Positions 1 to 7,722 of a stretch of 64,000 nucleotides of DNA are shown piece by piece. Position 1 is the first letter of the stretch. Each line of letters opens with the position of its first letter. Made by a program: the position numbers and the translations under genes. This stretch comes from Solirubrobacteraceae bacterium (GTDB taxonomy: Bacteria; Actinomycetota; Thermoleophilia; Solirubrobacterales; Solirubrobacteraceae), in NCBI GenBank assembly GCA_025451035.1, contig JANWLE010000069.1, positions 13,483-77,482 on the forward strand, given 5' to 3'. The notes under the pieces are model-generated. The model was not told where the DNA came from. It saw only the letters and a program-made list of their open reading frames with translations, and searched no databases.

Positions 1-845
1 AACTCATCCACGATCAGCACACAGCCCTGCTGCCTCGGCTTACGCGTTGAGAAGTACTGGGTGAAGTCCTCGAACAAGAAGCGAGCGAGGCCGGCGGTCT
101 CCTCCCGCAGCCTCAATGTTTCTAGGAGCAGGTAGCCGGCGGTCGTGTCTTCCCAGCACCAGCTGCCGTTCAGGGCGCCGTGGAGTTCGCCGAAGAACGC
201 GTCGTAGCGCAACCTGACTTGCTGCACCTGCGCGCGGCTCAACGTGGCCGCCACTCCGTCGTGCGGGTGCGCGGCGCGCAACACGTCGAGGTCCATTCGC
301 TCCAACACCATCCCGGCGGTGCGTGGTGGTCCTTCGGGGTGGTGGCAGACCAGTCGCAGCACGGTCTTCGCTACATCCCGGTACCACGCGGCTGGCCCCT
401 CGGTCGCGTAGTCGATGATCTCCATCAACCGCGCCTGCACATCAGAGGCGCCGCCACGCCAGCCATCGAACCGCTCACAAGGAAACACACGACAGTCCCG
501 GCCAGCGTCTCGCATGAGGCCGAGGAACCGCTCTGCGTTCTCACGGTCGCCCTTCCCGTCCAGGTAGAACACGGGGACATCTGAGCGCTTCGCGACCGTC
601 CAAGCCAAACGCAACAACGTCTCTGTCTTCCCGGACCCGGTGGCTCCGAGGACAAGCACGTGGTGCACGAGCCGTCTCGGCGGAAGAAAGATCCATCCTT
701 CCTGCGGCGGCAGTGCTTTCTCGCCGGAGAGCTTGCGGGCGAACACGAAACCCGCCTCACCACCGAACTGGCCGACCAACGGTGGCGGACCAATCACCGG
801 CACCACCGGCTGGCGACGGCTACCAAAGATGCTTCTGGCAGTCAT
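1..845 (-). CDS. Conjugative coupling-type P-loop ATPase (TraD/TraG/VirD4- or TcpA/FtsK-like), 3' end cut by the window edge; absent from the supplied ORF track
   Basis: My own minus-strand translation starts at ATG 845..843, preceded by GGGGAGGGG. It reads MTARSIFGSRRQ...RRLVHHVLVLGATGSGKTETLLRLAW (Walker A) and later ...QQGCVLIVDEF (Walker-B-like). The frame stays open to position 1. It lies directly downstream of a Replic_Relax gene. Confidence 0.7.
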   Translation of the reverse strand, partial: MTARSIFGSRRQPVVPVIGPPPLVGQFGGEAGFVFARKLSGEKALPPQEGWIFLPPRRLVHHVLVLGATGSGKTETLLRLAWTVAKRSDVPVFYLDGKGDRENAERFLGLMRDAGRDCRVFPCERFDGWRGGASDVQARLMEIIDYATEGPAAWYRDVAKTVLRLVCHHPEGPPRTAGMVLERMDLDVLRAAHPHDGVAATLSRAQVQQVRLRYDAFFGELHGALNGSWCWEDTTAGYLLLETLRLREETAGLARFLFEDFTQYFSTRKPRQQGCVLIVDE

Positions 846-850
846 AGTGC

Positions 851-1525
851 TCACGACCCCTCCCCGGCGTTCGTTGGTAGCTCGCGTATCCCGAGGCCGG
901 GCCAACGGCCAGCCGAAACCAGCTGCTCCAAGCGCTTGTGGGCGGCGGGCGCGCAGAAATAGAGAACGCCGCCGTACCGCCGGGCCAGCTCGTCGAGGAT
1001 CGTCTTGATCCGCTGCTGAGACTTGACGGTCAACTCAACCTCAACGGCGATCTCCTGGCCATCGACCACTACGACCGCGTCTGGGAGGTGCTCGCCCGGC
1101 CTGCGGTCCCGCGCCAACACGCGCTCGGAGATCCATGTCGATGATGGGGAGCGGGATTGGATGTGCAGCCGCACGTCGTTCACGGCGCCCACATGCCTCA
1201 AGAGAGCGAGGTTCGGCTTCCACACCCCGAACCCGAGACCTGAGACGCGGTTACCGAGCGGGGTTGGTGTGACCCACGCCGCCTGTCCGTACACAAGCCG
1301 CAACACCCTGACCAGGCCGTGCGCGCGGAGGCGAGTGACGACACGCTGCACGTTCCTGGGGCCGCAACCCAGCAAGCACTCGAGCTGGTCTACGCGCACC
1401 CCGTACATCTCTCCGGCCCACGCCAGGACATCTAGGTCACGAGACCTGACCAAGCCAGCATCGCTCCTCCGGGCTGGCGCTACGGGCACGGCATGCCGTG
1501 CCCTGTATGCGGGCAGGGTCCTCAC
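851..1525 (-). CDS. Replication-relaxation (Replic_Relax) family protein
   Basis: 224-aa ORF with a GTG start that overlaps the upstream stop (GTGA at 1522-1525). The N-terminus is wHTH-like (LDVLAWAGEMYGVRVDQLE...RLRAHGLV). The C-terminus is nuclease-like (PDAVVVVDGQEIAVEVELTVKS), as in Replic_Relax proteins of actinobacterial plasmids and ICEs. Recognised from memory, not searched. Confidence 0.7.
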   Translation of the reverse strand: MRTLPAYRARHAVPVAPARRSDAGLVRSRDLDVLAWAGEMYGVRVDQLECLLGCGPRNVQRVVTRLRAHGLVRVLRLVYGQAAWVTPTPLGNRVSGLGFGVWKPNLALLRHVGAVNDVRLHIQSRSPSSTWISERVLARDRRPGEHLPDAVVVVDGQEIAVEVELTVKSQQRIKTILDELARRYGGVLYFCAPAAHKRLEQLVSAGRWPGLGIRELPTNAGEGS

Positions 1526-1893
1526 TTGCCGCGCCCCCCAGGCTTCTCCGAGATGACATACCAGCCGTCTGGTCGTTTATCGAACCGGATGCCTCTGCCG
1601 CGATGCAGATGCTGGGAGATCGTGGTCAACGGGACGTTCATGCCCTTCGCGATCTCGTTAGCCCGCACACCAGGATGCGCCTCCAGGAACGCGGTGACCT
1701 CGTCCTGGGTGATACGCCTGACCATGCTCCCCAACACCGAAGGACCAGCCTCACCCGTGATCTCACGACGCGCGGTCAGCAAGCTCCGCCGCTCAGCCAT
1801 CAGCTCCTGAGCCACCTTGAGCTCGCGATCCAGCACAGCCAGCCGCTCATCGATCTGAGCGACCACACCACGCACACCAGGCCTCTTAGCCAT
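1522..1893 (-). CDS. Small winged-helix/HTH DNA-binding protein
   Basis: ATG at 1893 is preceded by GGAGGG. The track start at 1956 is probably over-extended. HTH-like segment VRANEIAKGMNVPLTTISQHLHR. Translationally coupled to the Replic_Relax gene. Confidence 0.65.
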   Translation of the reverse strand: MAKRPGVRGVVAQIDERLAVLDRELKVAQELMAERRSLLTARREITGEAGPSVLGSMVRRITQDEVTAFLEAHPGVRANEIAKGMNVPLTTISQHLHRGRGIRFDKRPDGWYVISEKPGGRGK

Positions 1894-1899
1894 CAACCC

Positions 1900-1980
1900 T
1901 CCAGTCCAATAACAAACAACATATACACAAACTAACGCACTAACGTTATATGTCAAGTAGATTAGACAATCGTACTAGGA
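1900..1980. promoter_or_regulatory. AT-rich control region upstream of the HTH/Replic_Relax/ATPase operon (promoter and possibly oriT)
   Basis: A low-GC stretch in an otherwise GC-rich context. It has a tandem direct repeat ACTAACG (1931-1937 and 1939-1945) running into the palindrome AACGTT. The function is inferred only from its position. Confidence 0.3.
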
Positions 1981-2081
1981 GGGGCTCATCTCAACCCGCC
2001 GTGGGGCGTCGGCAAGTCGTCCCGCAAACGTTCGATCCCCGCGAAAGCGACACTGTCCCAGCCGTCGCATGACCTAGACTC

Positions 2082-2438
2082 GTGTCAGTGTCGTTGCATC
2101 TCTTCGCGGGTATGCGCGTGCGGGACCTCCAAGCGGCCAGGCCGTGGTATGAGCGGCTGCTGGGCGAGCCGACGTTCCTCCCCCACGCCACCGAGGCGGT
2201 GTGGACGCTCGCCGAGGACCGGTCGGTTTATGTCGTCGAGCACGCCGATGGCGCGGGCCACTGCTTGGTGACGATCTTCCTCGACGATCTCGACGCCCAC
2301 ATAGCCACGATCGCTGCCCGCGGACTCGAGCCAGACGAGCGCGAGACATACACGGGCGGCGTACGCAAGGCCATCTACCGCGACCCGGACGGCAACGAGC
2401 TGGGGTTCGGCGGCGCGCCGCTCCACACCGATTCATAA
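2082..2438 (+). CDS. VOC (glyoxalase/bleomycin-resistance/dioxygenase) family protein
   Basis: 118 aa with a GTG start. Typical VOC pattern: LHLFAGMRVRDLQAARPWYERLLG ... YRDPDGNELGF. Confidence 0.8.
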   Translation: MSVSLHLFAGMRVRDLQAARPWYERLLGEPTFLPHATEAVWTLAEDRSVYVVEHADGAGHCLVTIFLDDLDAHIATIAARGLEPDERETYTGGVRKAIYRDPDGNELGFGGAPLHTDS

Positions 2439-2649
2439 CGAGCGGGCGCCTGCGACCGAGCCACTCGCGTACTCTCCGGCCGAAGCAGTAGCAGGGGCTA
2501 CCGGAGGTCGTGCTCTCCCAGCTCGTCCAACTCGGGCGTCTCGCTGGCTAACGCGGGCGGCGCCTGCTTTCACGCGGAAACCGGGGTCACCATTCCCCGC
2601 GCTTCATGCGCGTGCGGTGCTGGAAGCAGGTGTCCCGTTTGCCGATCGC

Positions 2650-3843
2650 TCAGCGGGGTGTTCGGAGCTCTTCGATCCTGCGGGTAAGGAGAGCGCGCTC
2701 GGTCTTGTTCTGGGTGAGCGCTAGCGCGCTGCGGTATGCCCGGTCGGCTTCGGCCTGGCGGCGAAGGCGGCTGAGCAGATCGCCGCGGATCGCGTGAAAC
2801 AAGTAGTAGCGCTCGAGTTTCAGCTCATCGACGAGCGGGAGCGCGGCGCTGGGGCCGTGCACCTCGGCTACGGCGACCGCTCGGTGTAGCGACACGATCG
2901 GACCGGGAGCGGCGGCTAGCAGCTGGTCGTAGAGCTGCAAGATCTGTGCCCAGTCGGTGGCCTCGAACGTCGGTGCGTCGCTGTGAACAGCGTTGATCGC
3001 CGCCTGGATCTGATAGGGCCCTGGCTGGTCGCGCCGCAGACATTCCCGCACGAGCGCCTGACCCTCGGCGATCAGCCGGCGATCCCAGCTCCGGCGGTCT
3101 TGGTTGGCAAGGAGTGCGAGTTCGCCGTCAGGAGTGGTGCGGGCAGGGTGGCGGGCATGGATGAGCAGCATGAGAGCCAGCAGCCCTTTGGCCTCTGGTT
3201 CGTCAGGCATCAGCCGAGCCAGCAACCGTCCCAAGCGGATCGCCTCGATGCAGAGGTCCTCGCGAGCGAGCCGCTCGCCTGAGCTGGCCGCGTAGCCCTC
3301 ATTGAAGATCAAATAGATCACCGATAGAACCGCACGCACGCGTTCAGGGAGATCAGCCTCGAAGGGAACGCGGTATGGAATGCCGGCGTCTCGGATCTTG
3401 CTCTTGGCGCGAACCAGTCGCTGAGCCATGGTCGTCTCGCTAACGAGAAACGCGCGTGCAATCTCAGGGGTGCTGAGACCGCCGAGCAGCCGCAGGGTCA
3501 ACGCCACCCGGGCGGTTATCCCGAGCGCCGGGTGACAGCAAGTAAAGATCAACCGGAGGCGATCGTCTTGCACCGGGCCCTCCTCACTCGGCGGTTCTTG
3601 GAAGTGCAGAATCGCCGCTTGGGCATGGCGATCGCCACGGGAGGACTCGCGCCGCAGCCGGTCAATCGCGCGGTTGCGGGCGGTGGTAATGATCCATCCC
3701 GCGGGACTCGGAGGCAGGCCGGAGGACGGCCAGCGCTCCGAGGCAGCGGCGAAGGCGTCCTGGACCGCGTCCTCGGCCAGATCGATATCGCCGAAAGCGC
3801 GGGCCAGGACTGCCACCGCCCGTCCGTGCTCCTCCCGGAACAC
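2650..3843 (-). CDS. ECF-type RNA polymerase sigma factor with a long C-terminal extension (the kind paired with YciI proteins)
   Basis: Sigma-2 and sigma-4 regions are recognisable: [30 protein letters not shown] and [26 protein letters not shown] ~200-aa helical C-terminal domain follows. The 545-aa track ORF (to 4287) is a read-through composite. The most plausible start is GTG 3843..3841, and the start is uncertain. Confidence 0.8.
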   Translation of the reverse strand: MFREEHGRAVAVLARAFGDIDLAEDAVQDAFAAASERWPSSGLPPSPAGWIITTARNRAIDRLRRESSRGDRHAQAAILHFQEPPSEEGPVQDDRLRLIFTCCHPALGITARVALTLRLLGGLSTPEIARAFLVSETTMAQRLVRAKSKIRDAGIPYRVPFEADLPERVRAVLSVIYLIFNEGYAASSGERLAREDLCIEAIRLGRLLARLMPDEPEAKGLLALMLLIHARHPARTTPDGELALLANQDRRSWDRRLIAEGQALVRECLRRDQPGPYQIQAAINAVHSDAPTFEATDWAQILQLYDQLLAAAPGPIVSLHRAVAVAEVHGPSAALPLVDELKLERYYLFHAIRGDLLSRLRRQAEADRAYRSALALTQNKTERALLTRRIEELRTPR

Positions 3844-3875
3844 GCGCGCGATCTCCGCTGAGGTGACCGGAGGGC

Positions 3876-4235
3876 TCAGTCCTGCGCCTCCTCCTGAAGC
3901 GGGCGGACCTCCACCGGTACCCGCGCTGCCCGCGTCGCCTTGCGGCCCCAGTCCAGCGCCGCGTCCAAGTCCGCTGCCTTGATCACCCAGAACCCGCCGA
4001 TGTGCTCCTTGCCCTCGAGGAACGGACCGTCGGTGGTGAGCACCTCGTCGCCCTCGAGTCGCAGCACGGTGGCCGTGCTCGAGGGATGAAGCCCACCCGC
4101 GAAAACCCATGTCCCAGTGCTCCGTAGCTCGGTGTTGAACGCCTCGACGCCGCTCATGATCTGCTGGATCTCGTCCGCCGGCGGCGCGTAATCCGCACCC
4201 TCGGCGTGGTACACGCTGAGTAGATACTGCTTCAT
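3876..4235 (-). CDS. YciI family protein
   Basis: ATG 4235 is preceded by [19 protein letters not shown]...[20 protein letters not shown] carries the YciI/DGPF signature. It lies directly upstream of the ECF sigma gene, a known pairing. Confidence 0.85.
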   Translation of the reverse strand: MKQYLLSVYHAEGADYAPPADEIQQIMSGVEAFNTELRSTGTWVFAGGLHPSSTATVLRLEGDEVLTTDGPFLEGKEHIGGFWVIKAADLDAALDWGRKATRAARVPVEVRPLQEEAQD

Positions 4236-4506
4236 TTGACCGTCCTCCTTTAGAGGGTCTCGAGCCGGGCCCATCCCGGCCTCTCACCCCCTACACGAAC
4301 AGGCTCGGCCGAAATCGACAACGGCCTCGACAATACTTGCCGCCAGAAGCAGGGCGCCGTTGGCCCTGGTGCCTGCTTTCGCCCCGGGAGCAGGCATCCA
4401 GTCGCGAGTGACCGACACGATCGCAAGGGACGAGTTCGGGGCGTGCCGCTCGATGGGCTCCTTACGGTTGCTTCCCCGGGCGACGCGGTAGCCAGTGCGC
4501 CTCGCC

Positions 4507-5325
4507 TCAGATACTGACCTCGATGACTCGGTATGGACTGGTGACTCGGAATGCTTGTGGGTCTTCGTTGCCTTGGCGCAGGATGTGGAGGGCTTGCTCT
4601 CGCACCTGGCTGTAGCTGCCGGCCTGTTCTAGTAGTGGCCGTCCGGTGAGGCTCATGGGGTGTAGCTGCTCGTTCGCGACGAGGTAGGCCTCTGGGGATG
4701 AGGCGGTGACGCGCAGCTCACCATCATGGAACGACACGTGTGCGTTATGACGTGTGGCGAGCTCGCGGACTGCCTCGGTGTCGTGCCAGGCGAAACGGGT
4801 GGGCGTGACTCCGGTCGCTGTGGCGATCGCACGGCCGAACGTGCCGACCATAGCGTCGATCGGCCCGGTCGGCACCCACACCGAGAGCAGCGCACGTCCG
4901 CCGGGTGCCAGTACACGGATCATCTCGCCGAGAGCACGGTTCGCGTCGTTGGCGAAGATGACCCCGAAGACCGAGAGTGCTACTTCGAACGCGTGATCAT
5001 CGAACGGGAGCGCTTGCACATCACCGACGAGAAAAGACGCGTCGAGGCCCTCGCTTGCGGCCCTGGCGCGTGCGACATCGATCAGGCGGGCGGCCGCGTC
5101 GAGCCCCGTCGGGACCGCGCCCGACCGGGCGGCGAATATGGCGGCGTTGCCTGTGCCGATGGCGAGATCGAGCACCCGCTCGCCGGGCTGCAACTGGGCG
5201 AGTGACACCACGTGCTCGGCCACAGGCTTGAGTTCCACGGCGGTCTGCTCATACTGCCCGACGCCCCCCAATCGATCATCACGCCGCACGCTAAACCACA
5301 CCGCGAAAGAAGCCTGATCGATCAC
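4507..5325 (-). CDS. Class I SAM-dependent methyltransferase
   Basis: Motif I VLDLAIGTGNAA, then FDDHAFEVALSVFGVIF and LAPGGRALLSVW. Confidence 0.85.
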   Translation of the reverse strand: MIDQASFAVWFSVRRDDRLGGVGQYEQTAVELKPVAEHVVSLAQLQPGERVLDLAIGTGNAAIFAARSGAVPTGLDAAARLIDVARARAASEGLDASFLVGDVQALPFDDHAFEVALSVFGVIFANDANRALGEMIRVLAPGGRALLSVWVPTGPIDAMVGTFGRAIATATGVTPTRFAWHDTEAVRELATRHNAHVSFHDGELRVTASSPEAYLVANEQLHPMSLTGRPLLEQAGSYSQVREQALHILRQGNEDPQAFRVTSPYRVIEVSI

Positions 5326-5463
5326 GGGTTCATATCAACCCAAAGTCCGCGCTATTGGCCTGCGCGCTTACTGCTCAGCGATCAGCCGCACACGTTGCTG
5401 ATCGCCTCGCAGTTCTCGTCGCAGCACCACGCCCAAGCCGCCACCAACTCCAACATTCAACTC

Positions 5464-5498
5464 CAAATCTCAAATCTCAAATCTCAAATCTCAAATTC
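5464..5498. repeat. Heptanucleotide tandem repeat (CAAATCT)x4 plus one degenerate unit
   Basis: Four perfect CAAATCT units span 5464-5491, followed by CAAATTC. The repeat sits in a ~430-bp AT-rich non-coding patch. Confidence 0.9.
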
Positions 5499-5520
5499 AA
5501 TCCTTCATCTAGTCTCTAAT

Positions 5521-5735
5521 CACTTTCTTTGGTCCCGGTCCCACACCTCCAACTACCTCTGCTCTTCTTGTTTTCTTTTTTGTTATCCCACTTGTTGACC
5601 ATCCTTATCGAAAGCAAAGCTGAGAGAGGGGTGGTCAAGAACATCGAAGCGCAGCGAGATGAGGGATAACGGCAGACAAAAACCTATCTGCAGAGCCAAA
5701 AACCAGGTGCGGGACCGGGACCAAAGAAGTCCACG
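5521..5735. repeat. ~215-bp imperfect palindrome (long hairpin or MITE-like element)
   Basis: CTTTGGTCCCGGTCCCACACCT (5527-5548) is the reverse complement of AGGTGCGGGACCGGGACCAAAG (5705-5726), matching 21 of 22. Inner arm blocks also pair: CTCTGC/GCAGAG, GTTATCCC/GGGATAAC and TTGACCA/TGGTCAA. Confidence 0.8.
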
Positions 5736-5881
5736 AACCCGTCTGCTCCGTTGACAACCTTCCGGACGGATCCAGGACACTTGCCAGCAGCCGCGCGACA
5801 CTCACGAGGAAGCGGTGGGGTGAGGCATAGCGAACCGCTTGCGTCGACAGACCGACGAGGCATCTGCCGTTGTCCGTCACG

Positions 5882-6829
5882 TCAACTAGCGACTTCCGGC
5901 GGGACTTTTGGTAGCAACGGCCTTCCAAGGAAACGAGCCGGGTCCGGCTCGTTTGCCAGGAACCAGTTGGTAGTACGCACAGTATCGTCGCTGCCAACCC
6001 ACCATGCTAGATGCCACTCGCCCTCCCTCCAGATAAACGCCGCCTGCCGCAAATCGCCCATGACTAGCGACTCTGCCTGCGCGCCTGCCAATTCGGCTAT
6101 GCGCGTCGCACCATCCAGGGCTGGCAGGGCTTCCCGTGTGATATCGGCCGACGCGTTGATCGGGACGAAGCCGTCGATACGGGCCCCTGTCGGGCTCTCA
6201 CTTGGAAGCGTGAACTGAAACGTGATGATGCGGTCGCGATCAGGGTCCTTCGCATGGGTAGCGAGAGCCGCAATCCAGTCCATGGCAGCCAAGGCGGACT
6301 CTTTGCCGAGCTCCTCCAGGAAACCGCCGAGAAACTTCGTGGCGCCCCAAATGACTGGGATCACGAGGATCCACTCGAGGGGCGGGAGCTCGGACCAGCG
6401 GGCTACCTCTTGAATCTCGACCGGCGCATTGTCTTGAGCCACTGCGAAGGCGCGCTGGCCGAAGTTCCTAGGCTCCAGATTGATAGTCGCTATCGACGGA
6501 CACGTGTCCGCGACCGGCCGATCATCTCGCAATAGCGTCCATAGATCTGGATCCGCACCCACCGGGTGCAGCGTGCGGAACAGCCGGCCATAGAGGATCA
6601 GCTCGTCAGCGCCGTCGTCAGCGGCGACTACCTTCGCTGAATGCCATCGTCCACAGGGCGGAAGCAAGCACAGATGCTCAATAACAATTGGGATAAAGCC
6701 GCACTGAACTTGTTCGGCCATTCCATCGAGTGCGCTTCGTGTAAAGCGCACCATCTCGCCGTTTGACATCCGCGCGGGCCGCGTGCTCATGCCCTTGGCA
6801 ACAACCTCACCCTCACGCCACTCGACCAC
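5882..6829 (-). CDS. Hypothetical protein with a central hydrophobic helix
   Basis: 315-aa ORF, transcribed divergently from the QueC-like cassette. It has a hydrophobic segment LEWILVIPVIWGATKFLGGFL. I recognise no family. The start is uncertain (GTG 6829, or ATG 6790/6769). Confidence 0.55.
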   Translation of the reverse strand: MVEWREGEVVAKGMSTRPARMSNGEMVRFTRSALDGMAEQVQCGFIPIVIEHLCLLPPCGRWHSAKVVAADDGADELILYGRLFRTLHPVGADPDLWTLLRDDRPVADTCPSIATINLEPRNFGQRAFAVAQDNAPVEIQEVARWSELPPLEWILVIPVIWGATKFLGGFLEELGKESALAAMDWIAALATHAKDPDRDRIITFQFTLPSESPTGARIDGFVPINASADITREALPALDGATRIAELAGAQAESLVMGDLRQAAFIWREGEWHLAWWVGSDDTVRTTNWFLANEPDPARFLGRPLLPKVPPEVAS

Positions 6830-7079
6830 TACGCCTCACCCTAGCCAGGTTGCTGGTCTTCGTGTGATTGCTGAGATGTAGACCTTTGTCGCTCTGTGCA
6901 GCTGTCGCGTAGCCGCAGGTTGCAGCGGAGCCCAGGCATTTTGCCGCAGTCGCAGAGCTTTCTCTAGCGACGGACACCTCAAAAGGACCGGCATGCTTAT
7001 GTGGGCTCTGGCGGAGCAGTCCGCAGGAACCATGGCTCTCTTGCCCTTGCGTCTGACATCTGTGGTATATATCTTTCTA

Positions 7080-7098
7080 TTGACACTGACAATGTCAG
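7080..7098 (+). promoter_or_regulatory. Putative -35 element (TTGACA) abutting a 13-bp palindromic operator CTGACAATGTCAG
   Basis: TTGACA lies at 7080-7085. It is followed at once by a perfect 6+1+6 inverted repeat at 7086-7098, 16 nt before ATG 7114. This is a candidate site for the XRE-HTH protein encoded in the operon, and the mRNA may be leaderless or short-leadered. Confidence 0.4.
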
Positions 7099-7113
7099 AG
7101 AGGATAGCTGATC

Positions 7114-7722
7114 ATGGCAGACGGCGATTACTACGCGCGGAATCTAGCTCCCAGATGGAGGAAGGTCCGCAACACACTGTTGGGTCGTCATGATGTCCGT
7201 GTGGTTGGCGGCCTCGCTCGCGAAGCCTACGCTGAGACTATGCGCCTGGGTAACGGTGTCCCCGGCCTGAACGAGTTGTGCGGTGCGTTCGCGGCTGCGG
7301 CTCTGGACGGAGATCGTGACACGTGGACGGCGATCAACGAGGAGGTGCGGCGTGCCGTGAAACATCACGCGAATACCGAGATCGCCGCGATGGCGGGCCA
7401 GGCGCTGCTTGAGAACGACGATGGTCGACTTCGAGCCATGAGCGAAGACGAGCTTGCCGAGACGCTCGCCAAGGCCACGGCAGATCGCATCGCGCGGCAC
7501 CACTTCGCCAAGTGTCATCAAGGCCGGCTACCGGATACGTTCGCCAGCGCGAGCGAACTCCAGGCCCGCGCACGGGAGGCCTTGGCGTGCATGGACACGG
7601 CAGGCCTCGCGCGTGAGATGCTTCGCCACGAGGACGGCCGAGCTTTCAAGGCACCCGCGCGGCAGACCTCGGCGGCCGGCACCCAGCGACTCATCGGACG
7701 GACGCTTGTGGGTAGGTCGTGA
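7114..7722 (+). CDS. Hypothetical protein, first gene of the QueC-like cassette
   Basis: 202 aa, Ala/Arg-rich and apparently helical. Its stop overlaps the next start (GTGA at 7719-7722). Confidence 0.65.
   Translation: MADGDYYARNLAPRWRKVRNTLLGRHDVRVVGGLAREAYAETMRLGNGVPGLNELCGAFAAAALDGDRDTWTAINEEVRRAVKHHANTEIAAMAGQALLENDDGRLRAMSEDELAETLAKATADRIARHHFAKCHQGRLPDTFASASELQARAREALACMDTAGLAREMLRHEDGRAFKAPARQTSAAGTQRLIGRTLVGRS

Noticed and set aside
2650-4287. A single 545-aa ORF in the track, suggesting one large protein
   Set aside because: Its N-terminal ~150 aa are Arg/Gly-rich nonsense read in a frame overlapping the well-formed YciI gene (3876..4235, strong RBS). Only the C-terminal ~397 aa show sigma-factor motifs. 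I treat it as two genes.
5464-5735. CRISPR array or retron msr/msd as an explanation for the repeats and the large inverted repeat
   Set aside because: The repeat units are only 7 nt, with no spacers. No cas genes and no reverse transcriptase are present anywhere in the window.
7103-7110. The 8-mer GATAGCTG together with CTGACA occurs both upstream of the QueC cassette (7086-7110) and upstream of the small-ORF locus (11389-11408), suggesting a common operator
   Set aside because: The spacing between the two elements differs (17 vs 12 nt). A given 8-mer is expected to recur about twice by chance in 64 kb on two strands. Not significant without further evidence.
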